Virus record (IMG/VR): IMGVR_UViG_3300025141_013870
Location: 32,001-96,000 of that record
Direction: 5' to 3' (one strand)
Length of the DNA: 64,000 bases
Origin: a virus
Shown: positions 29,661 through 39,396 of the stretch, piece by piece
Layout of the letters: the number at the start of each line of letters is the position of its first letter
How positions within the stretch are numbered: position 1 is the stretch's first letter
Notes under the pieces: model-generated
What the model saw: the letters and a program-made list of their open reading frames with translations, nothing else
What the model was told of the DNA's origin: nothing
Databases searched by the model: none
Translations under genes and position numbers: made by a program

Positions 29661-30899
29661 ATGACAACAGTCAAAAGAGATTTACCCCCCATTAAGAGAA
29701 CCTGGAACCAGGAAGATGTCAACAACCTCAGGGGTAATGTTAAAATTGAATATTCACTAGCCAGGTCAGGAGCTAACAAGCTATGGAATCTACTTCTAGA
29801 AGATGATCCCGTTACTGCGCTAGGAGCGTTAACTGGAAACCAGGCAATTCAACAAGTCAGAGGCGGCTTAAAGTCAATATATCTTAGCGGATGGCAGGTA
29901 GCAGCTGATGCAAATCTTTCTGGTAACATGTATCCAGATCAAAGCCTATATCCGGCAAATAGCGTGCCATCAGTCGTGAAGAGAATAAATCAAGCTCTGC
30001 AAAGAACAGATCAGGTTGAGAGCGTTGAAGGGAATATAACTAGAGACTGGATGGTTCCCATAGTTGCAGATGCTGAAGCTGGATTCGGAGGGCCTCTAAA
30101 CGCGCATGAGCTTATGAAAGGAATGATCGAAGCCGGCGCAGCAGGTGTACACTTTGAGGATCAATTATCTTCAGAAAAGAAATGTGGGCACCTGGGCGGA
30201 AAGGTTCTAGTTCCAACATCACAGTTTGTAACAACGTTAAAGGCTGCTCGTCTAGCTGCTGATGTTATGGACGTACCGACCGTTTTAATTGCAAGAACAG
30301 ATGCAAATAGCGCAAGATTAATGACATCTGACATAGATCCATATGATCACCAGTTTATGACAGGAGAAAGAACGCAGGAAGGATTTTATCGAATCACAGG
30401 CGGAATCAATCAGGCAATATCCAGAGGGCTGGCATACGCACCATACGCAGACTTGCTTTGGTGTGAGACATCTACTCCTGATCTTCACGAAGCTAAACTG
30501 TTTGCAGATGCAATTCATGAGAAATTTCCAGGAAAGATTCTAGCATACAATTGTTCACCATCGTTTAATTGGAAGAAAAATCTTGATGATGAGACAATAG
30601 AGATATTTCAAAGAGAGCTAAACGGTATGGGATATAAGTTTCAATTTGTAACTCTTGCTGGATTCCACTCACTTAACTACTCAATGTTTGATTTGGCTGA
30701 TAGATATCGAGATGGCGGAATGACAGCGTACGTTCAGCTTCAGGAGAGAGAATTTTCAGCAGAGGAAAGAGGATACACGGCGACAAAGCACCAGAGAGAG
30801 GTAGGGACTGGATATTTTGATGCAGTTAAGAATGCTCTGTCTGGGGGAGACTCTTCAACTCTTGCTATGACTGAATCTACAGAGTCTGATCAGTTTTAA
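29661..30899 (+). CDS. aceA: Isocitrate lyase (short type)
   Basis: [66 protein letters not shown]. Confidence 0.97.
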   Translation: MTTVKRDLPPIKRTWNQEDVNNLRGNVKIEYSLARSGANKLWNLLLEDDPVTALGALTGNQAIQQVRGGLKSIYLSGWQVAADANLSGNMYPDQSLYPANSVPSVVKRINQALQRTDQVESVEGNITRDWMVPIVADAEAGFGGPLNAHELMKGMIEAGAAGVHFEDQLSSEKKCGHLGGKVLVPTSQFVTTLKAARLAADVMDVPTVLIARTDANSARLMTSDIDPYDHQFMTGERTQEGFYRITGGINQAISRGLAYAPYADLLWCETSTPDLHEAKLFADAIHEKFPGKILAYNCSPSFNWKKNLDDETIEIFQRELNGMGYKFQFVTLAGFHSLNYSMFDLADRYRDGGMTAYVQLQEREFSAEERGYTATKHQREVGTGYFDAVKNALSGGDSSTLAMTESTESDQF

Positions 30900-30901
30900 T
30901 T

Positions 30902-31834
30902 ATGGATAAGGACTTTTACAACAAGTCGAGCTCAGACAGCCTTGGGTGGAAACCTGAGTGGTTCGGGTGTAAATATTTCGATGAGGATCTTGTTAAAGCT
31001 GTAAGAAAGTGGCAGCGGGAGAACGGATTAACAGGCGACGGTCTTGTTGGTCCGATGACATATAGAAGAATATGGACAGAGAGAGAATCTCAAATTGATG
31101 AATTTAGACCCTATATCTATAGCCCCAAAGACAGTGCTTTCATAGTTCATAATGGAAAATTTATTCCTATAGACTGGGGAAAGGTGATTCTATGGTCTGA
31201 TACGGGTGGTCTCAAAGCTGCACCAGGAGCCTACTATAGCTATGGGGGATCAGAAGATAGAAATCCAACAATGTTTGTAAACCACTGGGATGTCTGTCTA
31301 TCAGCTGAGAGCTGTGCGAAGGTTCTTGCTAGAAGGGGCGTCTCAGTTCATTTCTGCATAGACAATGATGGAACGATCTATCAACTTCTTGATACACAGC
31401 ATGCAGCGTGGCATGCTGGAAATTCAAAGGTAAACAGAGCTAGTGTAGGTGTGGAAATCTCAAATGCATATTACACAAAATATCAGGACTGGTATGAGAG
31501 ACACGGGTTTGGAGAGCGACCACTATGGACAGACGCAGAGGTCCACGGAAAGACGCAGAAACCATTTTTAGGATTCTATGACGTTCAAATAGAGGCAGCT
31601 AAAGCTCTATGGAGAGCTATTCATGACGGGCTAGGCATTCCGCTAGAGTGCCCAGTAGATTCTTCTGGAGATATGGTTACAACAACAGTGAGCGAAGTGG
31701 CTTCTGGTAAGTTTAAAGGATTTATTCATCACTTTCATGTAACAAGAGGAAAGATCGACTGCGCAGGATTCGATCTAAAGAATCCTCTTGATGAAGTTAG
31801 AACAAGTAGAAAATATTGTATTGATAAGGAATAG
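30902..31834 (+). CDS. Endolysin: peptidoglycan-binding domain plus N-acetylmuramoyl-L-alanine amidase
   Basis: VRKWQRENGLTGDGLVGPMT (PG-binding domain); HW, SVHFCIDNDGTIYQ, AWHAGN, SVGVEI, HFHVTRGKIDC (amidase_2). Confidence 0.88.
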   Translation: MDKDFYNKSSSDSLGWKPEWFGCKYFDEDLVKAVRKWQRENGLTGDGLVGPMTYRRIWTERESQIDEFRPYIYSPKDSAFIVHNGKFIPIDWGKVILWSDTGGLKAAPGAYYSYGGSEDRNPTMFVNHWDVCLSAESCAKVLARRGVSVHFCIDNDGTIYQLLDTQHAAWHAGNSKVNRASVGVEISNAYYTKYQDWYERHGFGERPLWTDAEVHGKTQKPFLGFYDVQIEAAKALWRAIHDGLGIPLECPVDSSGDMVTTTVSEVASGKFKGFIHHFHVTRGKIDCAGFDLKNPLDEVRTSRKYCIDKE

Positions 31835-32884
31835 ATGAAAATGAGACATATGAAGATAGAATATGTGTGGATCGATGGTTGCAACCCATGGGGATTAAGA
31901 TCAAAGGTGAAGGTTTTAAAATTGTCAGATGCCAACTTTAATGACACAATAGAAGGGAGCATTGATAACATTCCTGAGTGGGGGTTTGATGGATCGTCAA
32001 CTGAGCAGGCGTCTGGCGGCGACTCTGATTGTCTTCTACGGCCTGTCAGGTGTGTCGTAGACTCAATAAGAAACGACTACACCTCAGCAATAGTCTTATG
32101 TGACGTTCTTATGGGAGATGGATTTCCCCACCCAACAAACAATAGGTCGTCACTACTAGAGACATCAAGGCTGTGTGAAAGTCACAAGCCTTTCTTTGGT
32201 ATCGAGCAGGAGTATACAATAATGAAAGATGAGAGGCCTCTCGGATTTCCTCCGTCTGGATACCCGGCTCCCCAAGGAAAGTATTATTGCTCAGCGGGCG
32301 GAGATAGATCATATGGAAGGAACATATCAGATGAGCATCTAGATGCGTGCATAGCATCTGGTCTCAATATTACAGGAACAAATGCCGAGGTCATGCCAGG
32401 ACAGTGGGAATATCAGATAGGGGGACCAGGCGTAGGGCCCGTGGAAGCGAGTGACGAGCTCTGGATATCTAGATGGATTCTATTAAAGGTAGCAGAGAGA
32501 AATGGAATGACTGTCACGTTTGAGCCAAAGCCCATGCTTGGTGACTGGAATGGCGCAGGATGTCACACAAATTTTAGCACAGAGAAGATGAGAGAGGAAG
32601 GCGGCATGAGACACATTGAGCAGGCATGCAAGAAGATGTCAAATAACATCCAGCCTCATCTTGACGCGTATGGTGACGGCATAGAGTTTAGACTGACAGG
32701 AATGCACGAGACCTGCTCATATAGTGAGTTTAAGTGGGGCGTGGCTGATAGAACAGCGTCAATAAGAATACCAAGGGGTGTATCAAATGATGGTCGAGGA
32801 TATCTCGAGGATAGAAGACCCAATGCCAATTGTGATCCATATCAGGTCTGTAAGGTGATATTAGAATCGACGTGTATAGATTAA
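31835..32884 (+). CDS. glnII: Glutamine synthetase type II (GSII)
   Basis: EYVWIDG, WGFDGSST, FGIEQEY, NAEVMPGQWEYQIG, PKPMLGDWNGAGCHTNFS, RLTGMHET, GVADRTASIRIP, YLEDRRPNANCDPY; 349 aa. Confidence 0.94.
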   Translation: MKMRHMKIEYVWIDGCNPWGLRSKVKVLKLSDANFNDTIEGSIDNIPEWGFDGSSTEQASGGDSDCLLRPVRCVVDSIRNDYTSAIVLCDVLMGDGFPHPTNNRSSLLETSRLCESHKPFFGIEQEYTIMKDERPLGFPPSGYPAPQGKYYCSAGGDRSYGRNISDEHLDACIASGLNITGTNAEVMPGQWEYQIGGPGVGPVEASDELWISRWILLKVAERNGMTVTFEPKPMLGDWNGAGCHTNFSTEKMREEGGMRHIEQACKKMSNNIQPHLDAYGDGIEFRLTGMHETCSYSEFKWGVADRTASIRIPRGVSNDGRGYLEDRRPNANCDPYQVCKVILESTCID

Positions 32885-32929
32885 ACGACTTGGATAAGAT
32901 ACATCATCTTATCCCATATACTTATTAAC

Positions 32930-33157
32930 ATGAAAACGTATATCACCTCTGATCTGCCCGTAGCAGCTTTTCTCATGATGAGAGGCCTGGCATTAGTCCG
33001 CGCTGATAGGCAGTCTGGTAGGTTTGTATTCGAGCTAGAGGATCCTGACGGAAAGGCTGCAAAGTTTGCAATAGAGTATCTAAACAGCGACTTTTGTAAG
33101 TTTGATAACTACATAAGAAATTTAAAAAGTGTGCTGTATCAGAATAAAAAACCTTGA
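32930..33157 (+). CDS. Small conserved hypothetical protein (resembles DUF5659)
   Basis: YITSDLPVAAFL...GRFVFELED pattern recalled from small phage proteins; preceded by ATACTTATT. Confidence 0.55.
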   Translation: MKTYITSDLPVAAFLMMRGLALVRADRQSGRFVFELEDPDGKAAKFAIEYLNSDFCKFDNYIRNLKSVLYQNKKP

Positions 33158-33332
33158 GTAGATTCTCGGCTCACGAATATATAATACTAAATCAGTCAGT
33201 ATTGTAGGTATTCCTTAGAAAGTTAAAAAATGTTAATGATGGTTTGATCTGTTTATCTTGCGTGTGTGATAGAAAGAAACGGTCAGTAAAAAAACTTAAA
33301 CCATTTTTTTAATAACAAAAAGGAGATAAATA

Positions 33333-35777
33333 ATGGCTATAAAATCACAAATTAGAGTACAGCAGGTAACAGGATCTATTATAGATATTGCATACTCTGG
33401 CTCACAAACATCGGCTACAAGCCTCACATCCGTCGATGATGGGGATCTTGGTAGTCTTTTAGGTCAGTTTGCTGGCGCAATCGGTAGAATATCCGGTTAC
33501 AACGGTTCGGCGGCGACTGGGTTCACAAACGCAGCAGCCGGTACATTTGCTCAGGATATTATTCCGGAAGCAGACGGAACACGTGACTTAGGTTCCTCTA
33601 CGAGAGAATGGGCAGAGGTTCACGCTAATGCGATTAACTCTGCTGCTACACTTGTCATCAGCGGCACTACTGGTCTTACACTTGATGCAACAACAGTGTC
33701 AATCGATGGTATTGACGATTCTAACATCACTGTAACAGCATCTGGAAAGGACTTAAATATCGGCGTTGCTGGCGGCGGAGCTCAAGTACTCAAGCTAGAT
33801 TCAGCTGGTACAGGTACTGACGCTATTGACGTTAATGCTTCTGCTGGCGGAATTGACATCGACGCATCCGGTGCAATCAGTTTAGACTCTTCAGCTGGAT
33901 CAATCGACATCAATGTAGTGGACGGCCAGACGGTGAGCGTCGGCCTAAACGGGGCAGTCGAGACAATATGGACGCCACATGCCACTGCAGGTAACGAGAA
34001 GTGGTCAACGACCAACACTGCTGGTACCGCGACTGATGCAATTGCGCTCACTGCGACTGCTGGCGGTGTTACAGTTGATGGCGGAGGTGGTGTCAATATT
34101 GTTGGTAACACTGCTGAGGTTGATATTACGACGACAGGTGCACTTGACCTAAATTCAGGCGCTTTTACCTTGAATGGATCTACTGTTGGAATTGATGGTA
34201 CAAGTGTCTTGACTCTGGGTGCAGCTTCAATGAATATTGATTCTGATGGTGGAGCAATTGATATGGATGCATCAACCACAGTTACCATTGGTGGCTCCAA
34301 CGCAACCGGCGTTACAATCGGTCGAGCAGATAAGAACGTTACAATTCCTGGAAACCTGATAGTTAACGGTACTGCAACTTACATTAATACAAGCGAGTTG
34401 ATGGTAGAAGATAAGCAGGTGGTCATCGGTATTCCTGGTGGCATGACAGACCCCGGAACTGCTACATACGCTCTAACTTCAGATGTTGTCACGGTAACAA
34501 GCGAAGCCCACGGGTTGACGAACGGACAGTATGTTCTCATATCTGATCCAGCCGCAACGCCACTTATCCCTGAGGGAGTCTATCTGATTACCTCTGTTGC
34601 TGATGCTGATACATTCACATTTGCATATGTCAGGGCTAATGTTCCCGCTGGTACTGCTATCGATCACTCAGTGAACGATGTAACAGACGCTACTGCTAGT
34701 GGATCTGGAATAATGCTTGCACCTGCATCAGCTGTACCGACCTTGCTTAAGTGGGATTCGACGACTGGTTGGCTCTTAGGCGGACCTGCTTCGTCAACTG
34801 CTGGCCTTTCACCAAATGTCGACGGCTCAGGAGCTCTTGGTGCTCCAGCTAAACGATGGGCAGATCTCTTCCTCGCGGAAGGTGGTGTTATCAACTGGGA
34901 TAATGGTGATATGACCATGACTCAGGCTAGCGATGTTCTTACTGTTGCTGGCGGCGATATCCTTATGGATACCACTCAGAAGATTACTTTTGGTAACGCT
35001 AATAACGCTATCAATCTTAATACTGATCTCGTCATTGATGCTGCTGCTGACATCACTCTTGATGCCGCTGGTGGAAATGTTAAACCTGCTTCGAATGATC
35101 AGGCTGCTCTCGGTGTTAGTGGAACGGGTTGGTCAGACCTATTCCTTGCTGATGGTGCTGTGATTGACGTTAATGCTGGTAACTCCACTCTCACGGGTGG
35201 AAGTGCTGCTTGGGTTTCAAACGTTAAGTTCCAGGCTACAAGACTACAAGTTGATGGTGCTAATGACTATCTTGATGTCAACACTGATTTCACTATGACT
35301 GCTGCTGCAGATATTCGCCTTGCGGCGGGTGGTGCAGATGTTCAGCTTCGAGGCAGTGGAACCAATGACTTCATCTCCTTACAGAGAGCTAGTACAACAA
35401 TTCAATACATGAACTTTGCAGCTGATGATTCTTCTGCAGCTCCTGGTGTTGCTGCAGCCGGTTTCGGTTTCCGCAACAATGCTGGGACCATGCAGTTCAA
35501 GAATAGCGCTGGATCATGGCAGAACATCGCTGCTGGAACAGGTGAAGCTCGTGTTAAGGATGTCGTAACAGTTGCAGCGACAGCGACAGCAGTTACATCC
35601 ACATCTAGTGGATTCCTAGCATTGGCTCCAAATGATCTTGATGTCTACCTAAACGGACAGCTGATGGCATCTGGATCTGGAGGTACTGGTAATGACTATA
35701 ACGTCACAGCAACAAGTGTGGTTACATTCACATTTAATGTTGAGCCAGATGACACCGTAACGTTTGTCAAGCCCTAA
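33333..35777 (+). CDS. Fibre-like / beta-rich structural protein
   Basis: 814 aa rich in G/A/T/D/S, beta-strand repeats, three copies of a P-x(3)-D-x(3)-LG-x(5)-W-x-(D/E)-(L/V) motif; strong AAGGAG RBS and its own terminator. Confidence 0.65.
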   Translation: MAIKSQIRVQQVTGSIIDIAYSGSQTSATSLTSVDDGDLGSLLGQFAGAIGRISGYNGSAATGFTNAAAGTFAQDIIPEADGTRDLGSSTREWAEVHANAINSAATLVISGTTGLTLDATTVSIDGIDDSNITVTASGKDLNIGVAGGGAQVLKLDSAGTGTDAIDVNASAGGIDIDASGAISLDSSAGSIDINVVDGQTVSVGLNGAVETIWTPHATAGNEKWSTTNTAGTATDAIALTATAGGVTVDGGGGVNIVGNTAEVDITTTGALDLNSGAFTLNGSTVGIDGTSVLTLGAASMNIDSDGGAIDMDASTTVTIGGSNATGVTIGRADKNVTIPGNLIVNGTATYINTSELMVEDKQVVIGIPGGMTDPGTATYALTSDVVTVTSEAHGLTNGQYVLISDPAATPLIPEGVYLITSVADADTFTFAYVRANVPAGTAIDHSVNDVTDATASGSGIMLAPASAVPTLLKWDSTTGWLLGGPASSTAGLSPNVDGSGALGAPAKRWADLFLAEGGVINWDNGDMTMTQASDVLTVAGGDILMDTTQKITFGNANNAINLNTDLVIDAAADITLDAAGGNVKPASNDQAALGVSGTGWSDLFLADGAVIDVNAGNSTLTGGSAAWVSNVKFQATRLQVDGANDYLDVNTDFTMTAAADIRLAAGGADVQLRGSGTNDFISLQRASTTIQYMNFAADDSSAAPGVAAAGFGFRNNAGTMQFKNSAGSWQNIAAGTGEARVKDVVTVAATATAVTSTSSGFLALAPNDLDVYLNGQLMASGSGGTGNDYNVTATSVVTFTFNVEPDDTVTFVKP

Positions 35778-35814
35778 TAAGATCTCTTCTAATTAGATTA
35801 GATTTTAGTTTCCT

Positions 35815-35856
35815 GGCGGGGTCCTTTTTATAAGGACCCCGCCTTTTTATTTTTTC
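35815..35856 (+). terminator. Rho-independent terminator
   Basis: GGCGGGGTCCTT-TTTAT-AAGGACCCCGCC perfect 12-bp stem followed by TTTTTATTTTTTT. Confidence 0.92.
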
Positions 35857-35890
35857 TATCGTTAGTGTTATTATATGCCTGTTGTTATAA

Positions 35891-36415
35891 ATGCCTGGAG
35901 TAAACATGACTTTTGAATTGGATGAGATAGGATTATTAATAGAAAAGCTTAGTAATGAAAGAAATGAGCTAGATGATAACGTGGTTACATTGTCTTCATC
36001 TGTTATTCAATTAAGTAACCTGGCCTCTGCGGCGGGAAATATTTCTAATAACTTGCAGGTCTCACTTAGTGAATCAGATAATGAATCTGAGACATTAAAT
36101 ATACTGTTAGCTGGATTTAACAATCTTTCATCTCTAGTGAGTTCTCATCCTAACGTAATATCACAATCGATAATTAGGATGCAAGCACAGCGCGAGAAGA
36201 TAGAATCTGTGATAGAAAGTTTAAAAGAATCTCAAGAAAAAATTAACGTAAGAAATGCTGCACAAGATAAATTAATTAAAAAGCTCAAAGATGAGGGTAC
36301 CTCATCTGGTGATAGAGAAGTAGGAACACACCCAGATGGTCTTTCAAAGATAAGAAAAGCTAAGTCAAAAATGAACAAAAAAGACGAGAAGGCCAATACA
36401 CAGCTTGATACATAA
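35891..36415 (+). CDS. Hypothetical coiled-coil protein
   Basis: 174 aa with heptad-like Leu/Ser/Asn/Glu periodicity. Confidence 0.55.
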   Translation: MPGVNMTFELDEIGLLIEKLSNERNELDDNVVTLSSSVIQLSNLASAAGNISNNLQVSLSESDNESETLNILLAGFNNLSSLVSSHPNVISQSIIRMQAQREKIESVIESLKESQEKINVRNAAQDKLIKKLKDEGTSSGDREVGTHPDGLSKIRKAKSKMNKKDEKANTQLDT

Positions 36416-36433
36416 TATTAGGAGATATCTATC

Positions 36434-36655
36434 ATGTGTGAACTTTTATTTGTCTACATAGTCTCTTCTATTCTATTTCTCTCTCTTTGTGTAGGAAGAA
36501 TATCTGATTTAAAAACTATAGAGGCAACCACAAGAAATAGGGATACAAAGCTTTTCTGCAAGAGACTGCATGAAAAAGAAGTTGCTAGGTGTAAGACTTT
36601 TATTTTTTGGCCAGCTGCTATGTTCTACGAGGTCTGGAAGATTTTTAAAAAATAA
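36434..36655 (+). CDS. Small hypothetical membrane protein
   Basis: Hydrophobic N-terminus, GGAG RBS, coupled to the next gene. Confidence 0.55.
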   Translation: MCELLFVYIVSSILFLSLCVGRISDLKTIEATTRNRDTKLFCKRLHEKEVARCKTFIFWPAAMFYEVWKIFKK

Positions 36656-37344
36656 TGTCTCAAATAAAAAATCTTCTTTTAAAGTTCAGATATCTTAAAA
36701 GTGAGCTTGAGAGAGTTGACACAATAGTTTCTGAATCAAAGAAGCAATTTTTAGACAGATCAAGAAAAATTCAGAAGGATCTAAACGTTTATGACTCTGA
36801 TTTTGATAGACCTTTTGAGAAAAGATCCGATGAATCTGATTATAAAAAAGACGATTCACCAGAGATAAATTGCGATCTCAATGATGATGTGGTTAAATCT
36901 GAAAAGCCAGCGTGGTCGAAAAAGCTTTTTAGAAAGATAGCCACTATAACACATCCAGATAAGATACCAGAAAATCTAAGCGATGTAGTTAAGGATAAAT
37001 TTTTAAATTTTTATAAATCTGCCACTGAATCATATGAATCTAATTCATTTTTAGATCTCATAGATATTGGCGAGAATCTGGGAATAAAGATAGAAGACAT
37101 GGGCAACATCGATATCTCAAGTTTAAACTCTAAAATTAAAACAATCGAAGATAGGATATTTGAATTAAAAAGCACAATTTTCTGGGAGTGGTGGCACATG
37201 AGCAAAGAACAAAAAAGGGAAGTCATCAAAAAATTTGTGAAAGATAGAGGGTGGGAAAGCGCTAGAGCACAATCTAAAAAATCTCGCCCCGGGCATCCGG
37301 GAACATCTATATCCCAGAGTAGGAAAAAGATGCAAAAAGATTAA
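36655..37344 (+). CDS. J-domain-like protein
   Basis: KKLFRKIATITHPDK contains the HPD motif in J-domain context, located internally. Confidence 0.6.
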   Translation: MSQIKNLLLKFRYLKSELERVDTIVSESKKQFLDRSRKIQKDLNVYDSDFDRPFEKRSDESDYKKDDSPEINCDLNDDVVKSEKPAWSKKLFRKIATITHPDKIPENLSDVVKDKFLNFYKSATESYESNSFLDLIDIGENLGIKIEDMGNIDISSLNSKIKTIEDRIFELKSTIFWEWWHMSKEQKREVIKKFVKDRGWESARAQSKKSRPGHPGTSISQSRKKMQKD

Positions 37345-37428
37345 TTTACGTTCTGGCGGATAGGTATTAATATCCGGGGCTGAATTATTGATTTTTGTTC
37401 TCTAGCTTCTATTAAGTCGTTTAGATTC

Positions 37429-37746
37429 ATGTTAAAGATGATTTTGATTATGAATCTTATAGACGCTCTTGCCACCTTGGTGTGGATTAGGCTAGGGCTC
37501 GCTGAGGAAGAAAATCCAATGATGGCATTTGTTTTAGAAAATAATGAATCAGCATTCATCATCATTAAGACAGCCTTGGTGATATTATCAATATTACTAT
37601 TGTGGAGAATAAGAACAGAGATGCTGGCAAGAATTTTAATCATTCCTGTTTTTTTATCTTATGTGTATGTCATGATTTTGCATACATCTGCCACGATTAA
37701 CGTTATTACCGGAGGTGCGTTATGGAATCTTTTAATATTGCACTAG
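37429..37746 (+). CDS. Small multi-pass membrane protein (resembles DUF5658)
   Basis: NLIDALATL...EENPMM motif and three hydrophobic segments. Confidence 0.6.
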   Translation: MLKMILIMNLIDALATLVWIRLGLAEEENPMMAFVLENNESAFIIIKTALVILSILLLWRIRTEMLARILIIPVFLSYVYVMILHTSATINVITGGALWNLLILH

Positions 37747-38114
37747 CATTTTTAGTGGGCTGCATTGTATCATGCATATTTTTTACGATTGGAAGATTCA
37801 TAGGAAAAATAGAAAAAGAATCTAAAGATAGAGATGACAGGGTACAGGATCTATTTGACGGAATCATTCATAATAATGAAGATGAATATGAACAAAGTTT
37901 TAAAAATTCATTTTCTGATGAGATGATAATTGACGCAGAGTATGAAGATGTGGTTTTAGATCTTCAGGAATATAGAAAGAGAAAAATATCACAAGAAGAA
38001 AATTTTGATAGTCTTCTTGGCTATGAAATCATGTACCATAAGAAAAATAATGAGTATATTAAAGTACCACGTGAGATTGCAGATCTCATAAAGTATCTTA
38101 AAAAGCACACATAA
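37722..38114 (+). CDS. Hypothetical protein with N-terminal membrane anchor
   Basis: GGAGG RBS, hydrophobic N-terminus, acidic remainder. Confidence 0.55.
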   Translation: MESFNIALAFLVGCIVSCIFFTIGRFIGKIEKESKDRDDRVQDLFDGIIHNNEDEYEQSFKNSFSDEMIIDAEYEDVVLDLQEYRKRKISQEENFDSLLGYEIMYHKKNNEYIKVPREIADLIKYLKKHT

Positions 38115-38116
38115 TT

Positions 38117-38362
38117 ATGAATGAGAAAAATGTAGGAGAAATAGCAAGGGCTACATCTAAGGTTCTTGTCATAATCACATTGTGTATATTTTGTGGCTGG
38201 TGGATAAAGGAGAGGACTCTAACTCCAGATATCATGAAAGAGTGTAAGCTAACATGCGGAAACTTTTCAGGTTATGTCGAAGAGGTAACTGTGACAAGAT
38301 GTGAATGCTCTCAAGAAAGAGCTAAAATTATTGAAAGTCCATGGGTTTTGCCAAAAAAGTAA
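38117..38362 (+). CDS. Small hypothetical membrane protein with four Cys
   Basis: One TM segment followed by ECKLTC...CEC. Confidence 0.5.
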   Translation: MNEKNVGEIARATSKVLVIITLCIFCGWWIKERTLTPDIMKECKLTCGNFSGYVEEVTVTRCECSQERAKIIESPWVLPKK

Positions 38363-38371
38363 TACTTATTA

Positions 38372-38737
38372 ATGATGCGCATCTCTAGAAAAATACTCAG
38401 ATCACTAATATTAAGAGAAGTTAAGCTGTCTTTAAATAATCTAGACAGACTTATGGAGTCTGCGCTGGTATCTAAGATGATATCTGGGAAGGACCCTGCG
38501 GAAATAGCTAGCGGAATATCTAAGATAAAGGATCTTGATGGAATGATTTTGAATGCGCTAAAAGATAAAAGCGGGTTCAAGTCTGCTATATCAAAACTAG
38601 ACGATGAACAATCTAACCTGCTTGTTAGTGTGCTTGGACAACTACGAGGTTCGCTGGCCCCAAGCACATTTACTAAATTAAAGAAAGAAATAATTGCATC
38701 TAAACCAGATTTAAAAGATAAGCTGTCTGCCATGTAA
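38372..38737 (+). CDS. Hypothetical protein with shared N-terminal LR-x-LI motif
   Basis: MMRISRKILRSLILRE; preceded by ATACTTATT. Confidence 0.6.
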   Translation: MMRISRKILRSLILREVKLSLNNLDRLMESALVSKMISGKDPAEIASGISKIKDLDGMILNALKDKSGFKSAISKLDDEQSNLLVSVLGQLRGSLAPSTFTKLKKEIIASKPDLKDKLSAM

Positions 38738-38766
38738 ATTAGATCTTATACTTGTATTATTGTATA

Positions 38767-39207
38767 ATGATGAATTGGCGTCCTCCTAAATCACCGTACA
38801 ATCTTATTCAGGAACATCTTTGGGAAGATCCCTGGAAGATATTTGTCGCGTGTATATTTTGCAATCTAACAAGAAGAGTCGACGCTGAACCGTATATGTG
38901 GAAATTCTTTGAGAGATATCCCACGCCAGACTCTGCATCAGAGGCTGATGTCGATGACATAGCAGATATGATAGGCCCGCTCGGACTCTCTCAGAGACGA
39001 TCTAAGACCCTGGTTAAGATGTCCTATGATTATATCAACGAGGACTGGAGAAGCGATCCTGCAGTTCTCTATGGGATCGGAAAGTATGCATCTGATGCGT
39101 ATCGAATCTTTTGCCTCGGTGAATGGAGAGATGTTCGACCAAAGGATCACGCATTAAATGATTATCATAACTGGTTAAAAAAAGAGAATCATAATACGTT
39201 GTTATAG
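38767..39207 (+). CDS. MBD4-like HhH-GPD DNA glycosylase (T:G / U:G mismatch type)
   Basis: WRPPKSPYNLIQEHLWEDPWKIFVACIFCNLT, LYGIGKYASDAYRIFC and KDHALNDYHNWL closely parallel the MBD4 catalytic domain. Confidence 0.85.
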   Translation: MMNWRPPKSPYNLIQEHLWEDPWKIFVACIFCNLTRRVDAEPYMWKFFERYPTPDSASEADVDDIADMIGPLGLSQRRSKTLVKMSYDYINEDWRSDPAVLYGIGKYASDAYRIFCLGEWRDVRPKDHALNDYHNWLKKENHNTLL

Positions 39208-39234
39208 ATCAGTATTGATAGTATATTTAATATC

Positions 39235-39396
39235 ATGCTGATAACAGAAAGAAGTCTAAGAGCTCTCATTAGAAACGAGCTACGCCTATATTCAAATAAA
39301 ATACTTGAGGCGAGATTTAAGGGCTGGAGTCCAAGGGGAGATATTGGGGATTTGATTGACCAGAATCTTGAAGCTAAAGAAGATGACATAGCATGA
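39235..39396 (+). CDS. Small hypothetical protein (53 aa, not in the ORF track)
   Basis: MLITERSLRALIRNEL...; preceded by ATATTTAAT; its TGA overlaps the next ATG. Confidence 0.55.
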   Translation: MLITERSLRALIRNELRLYSNKILEARFKGWSPRGDIGDLIDQNLEAKEDDIA

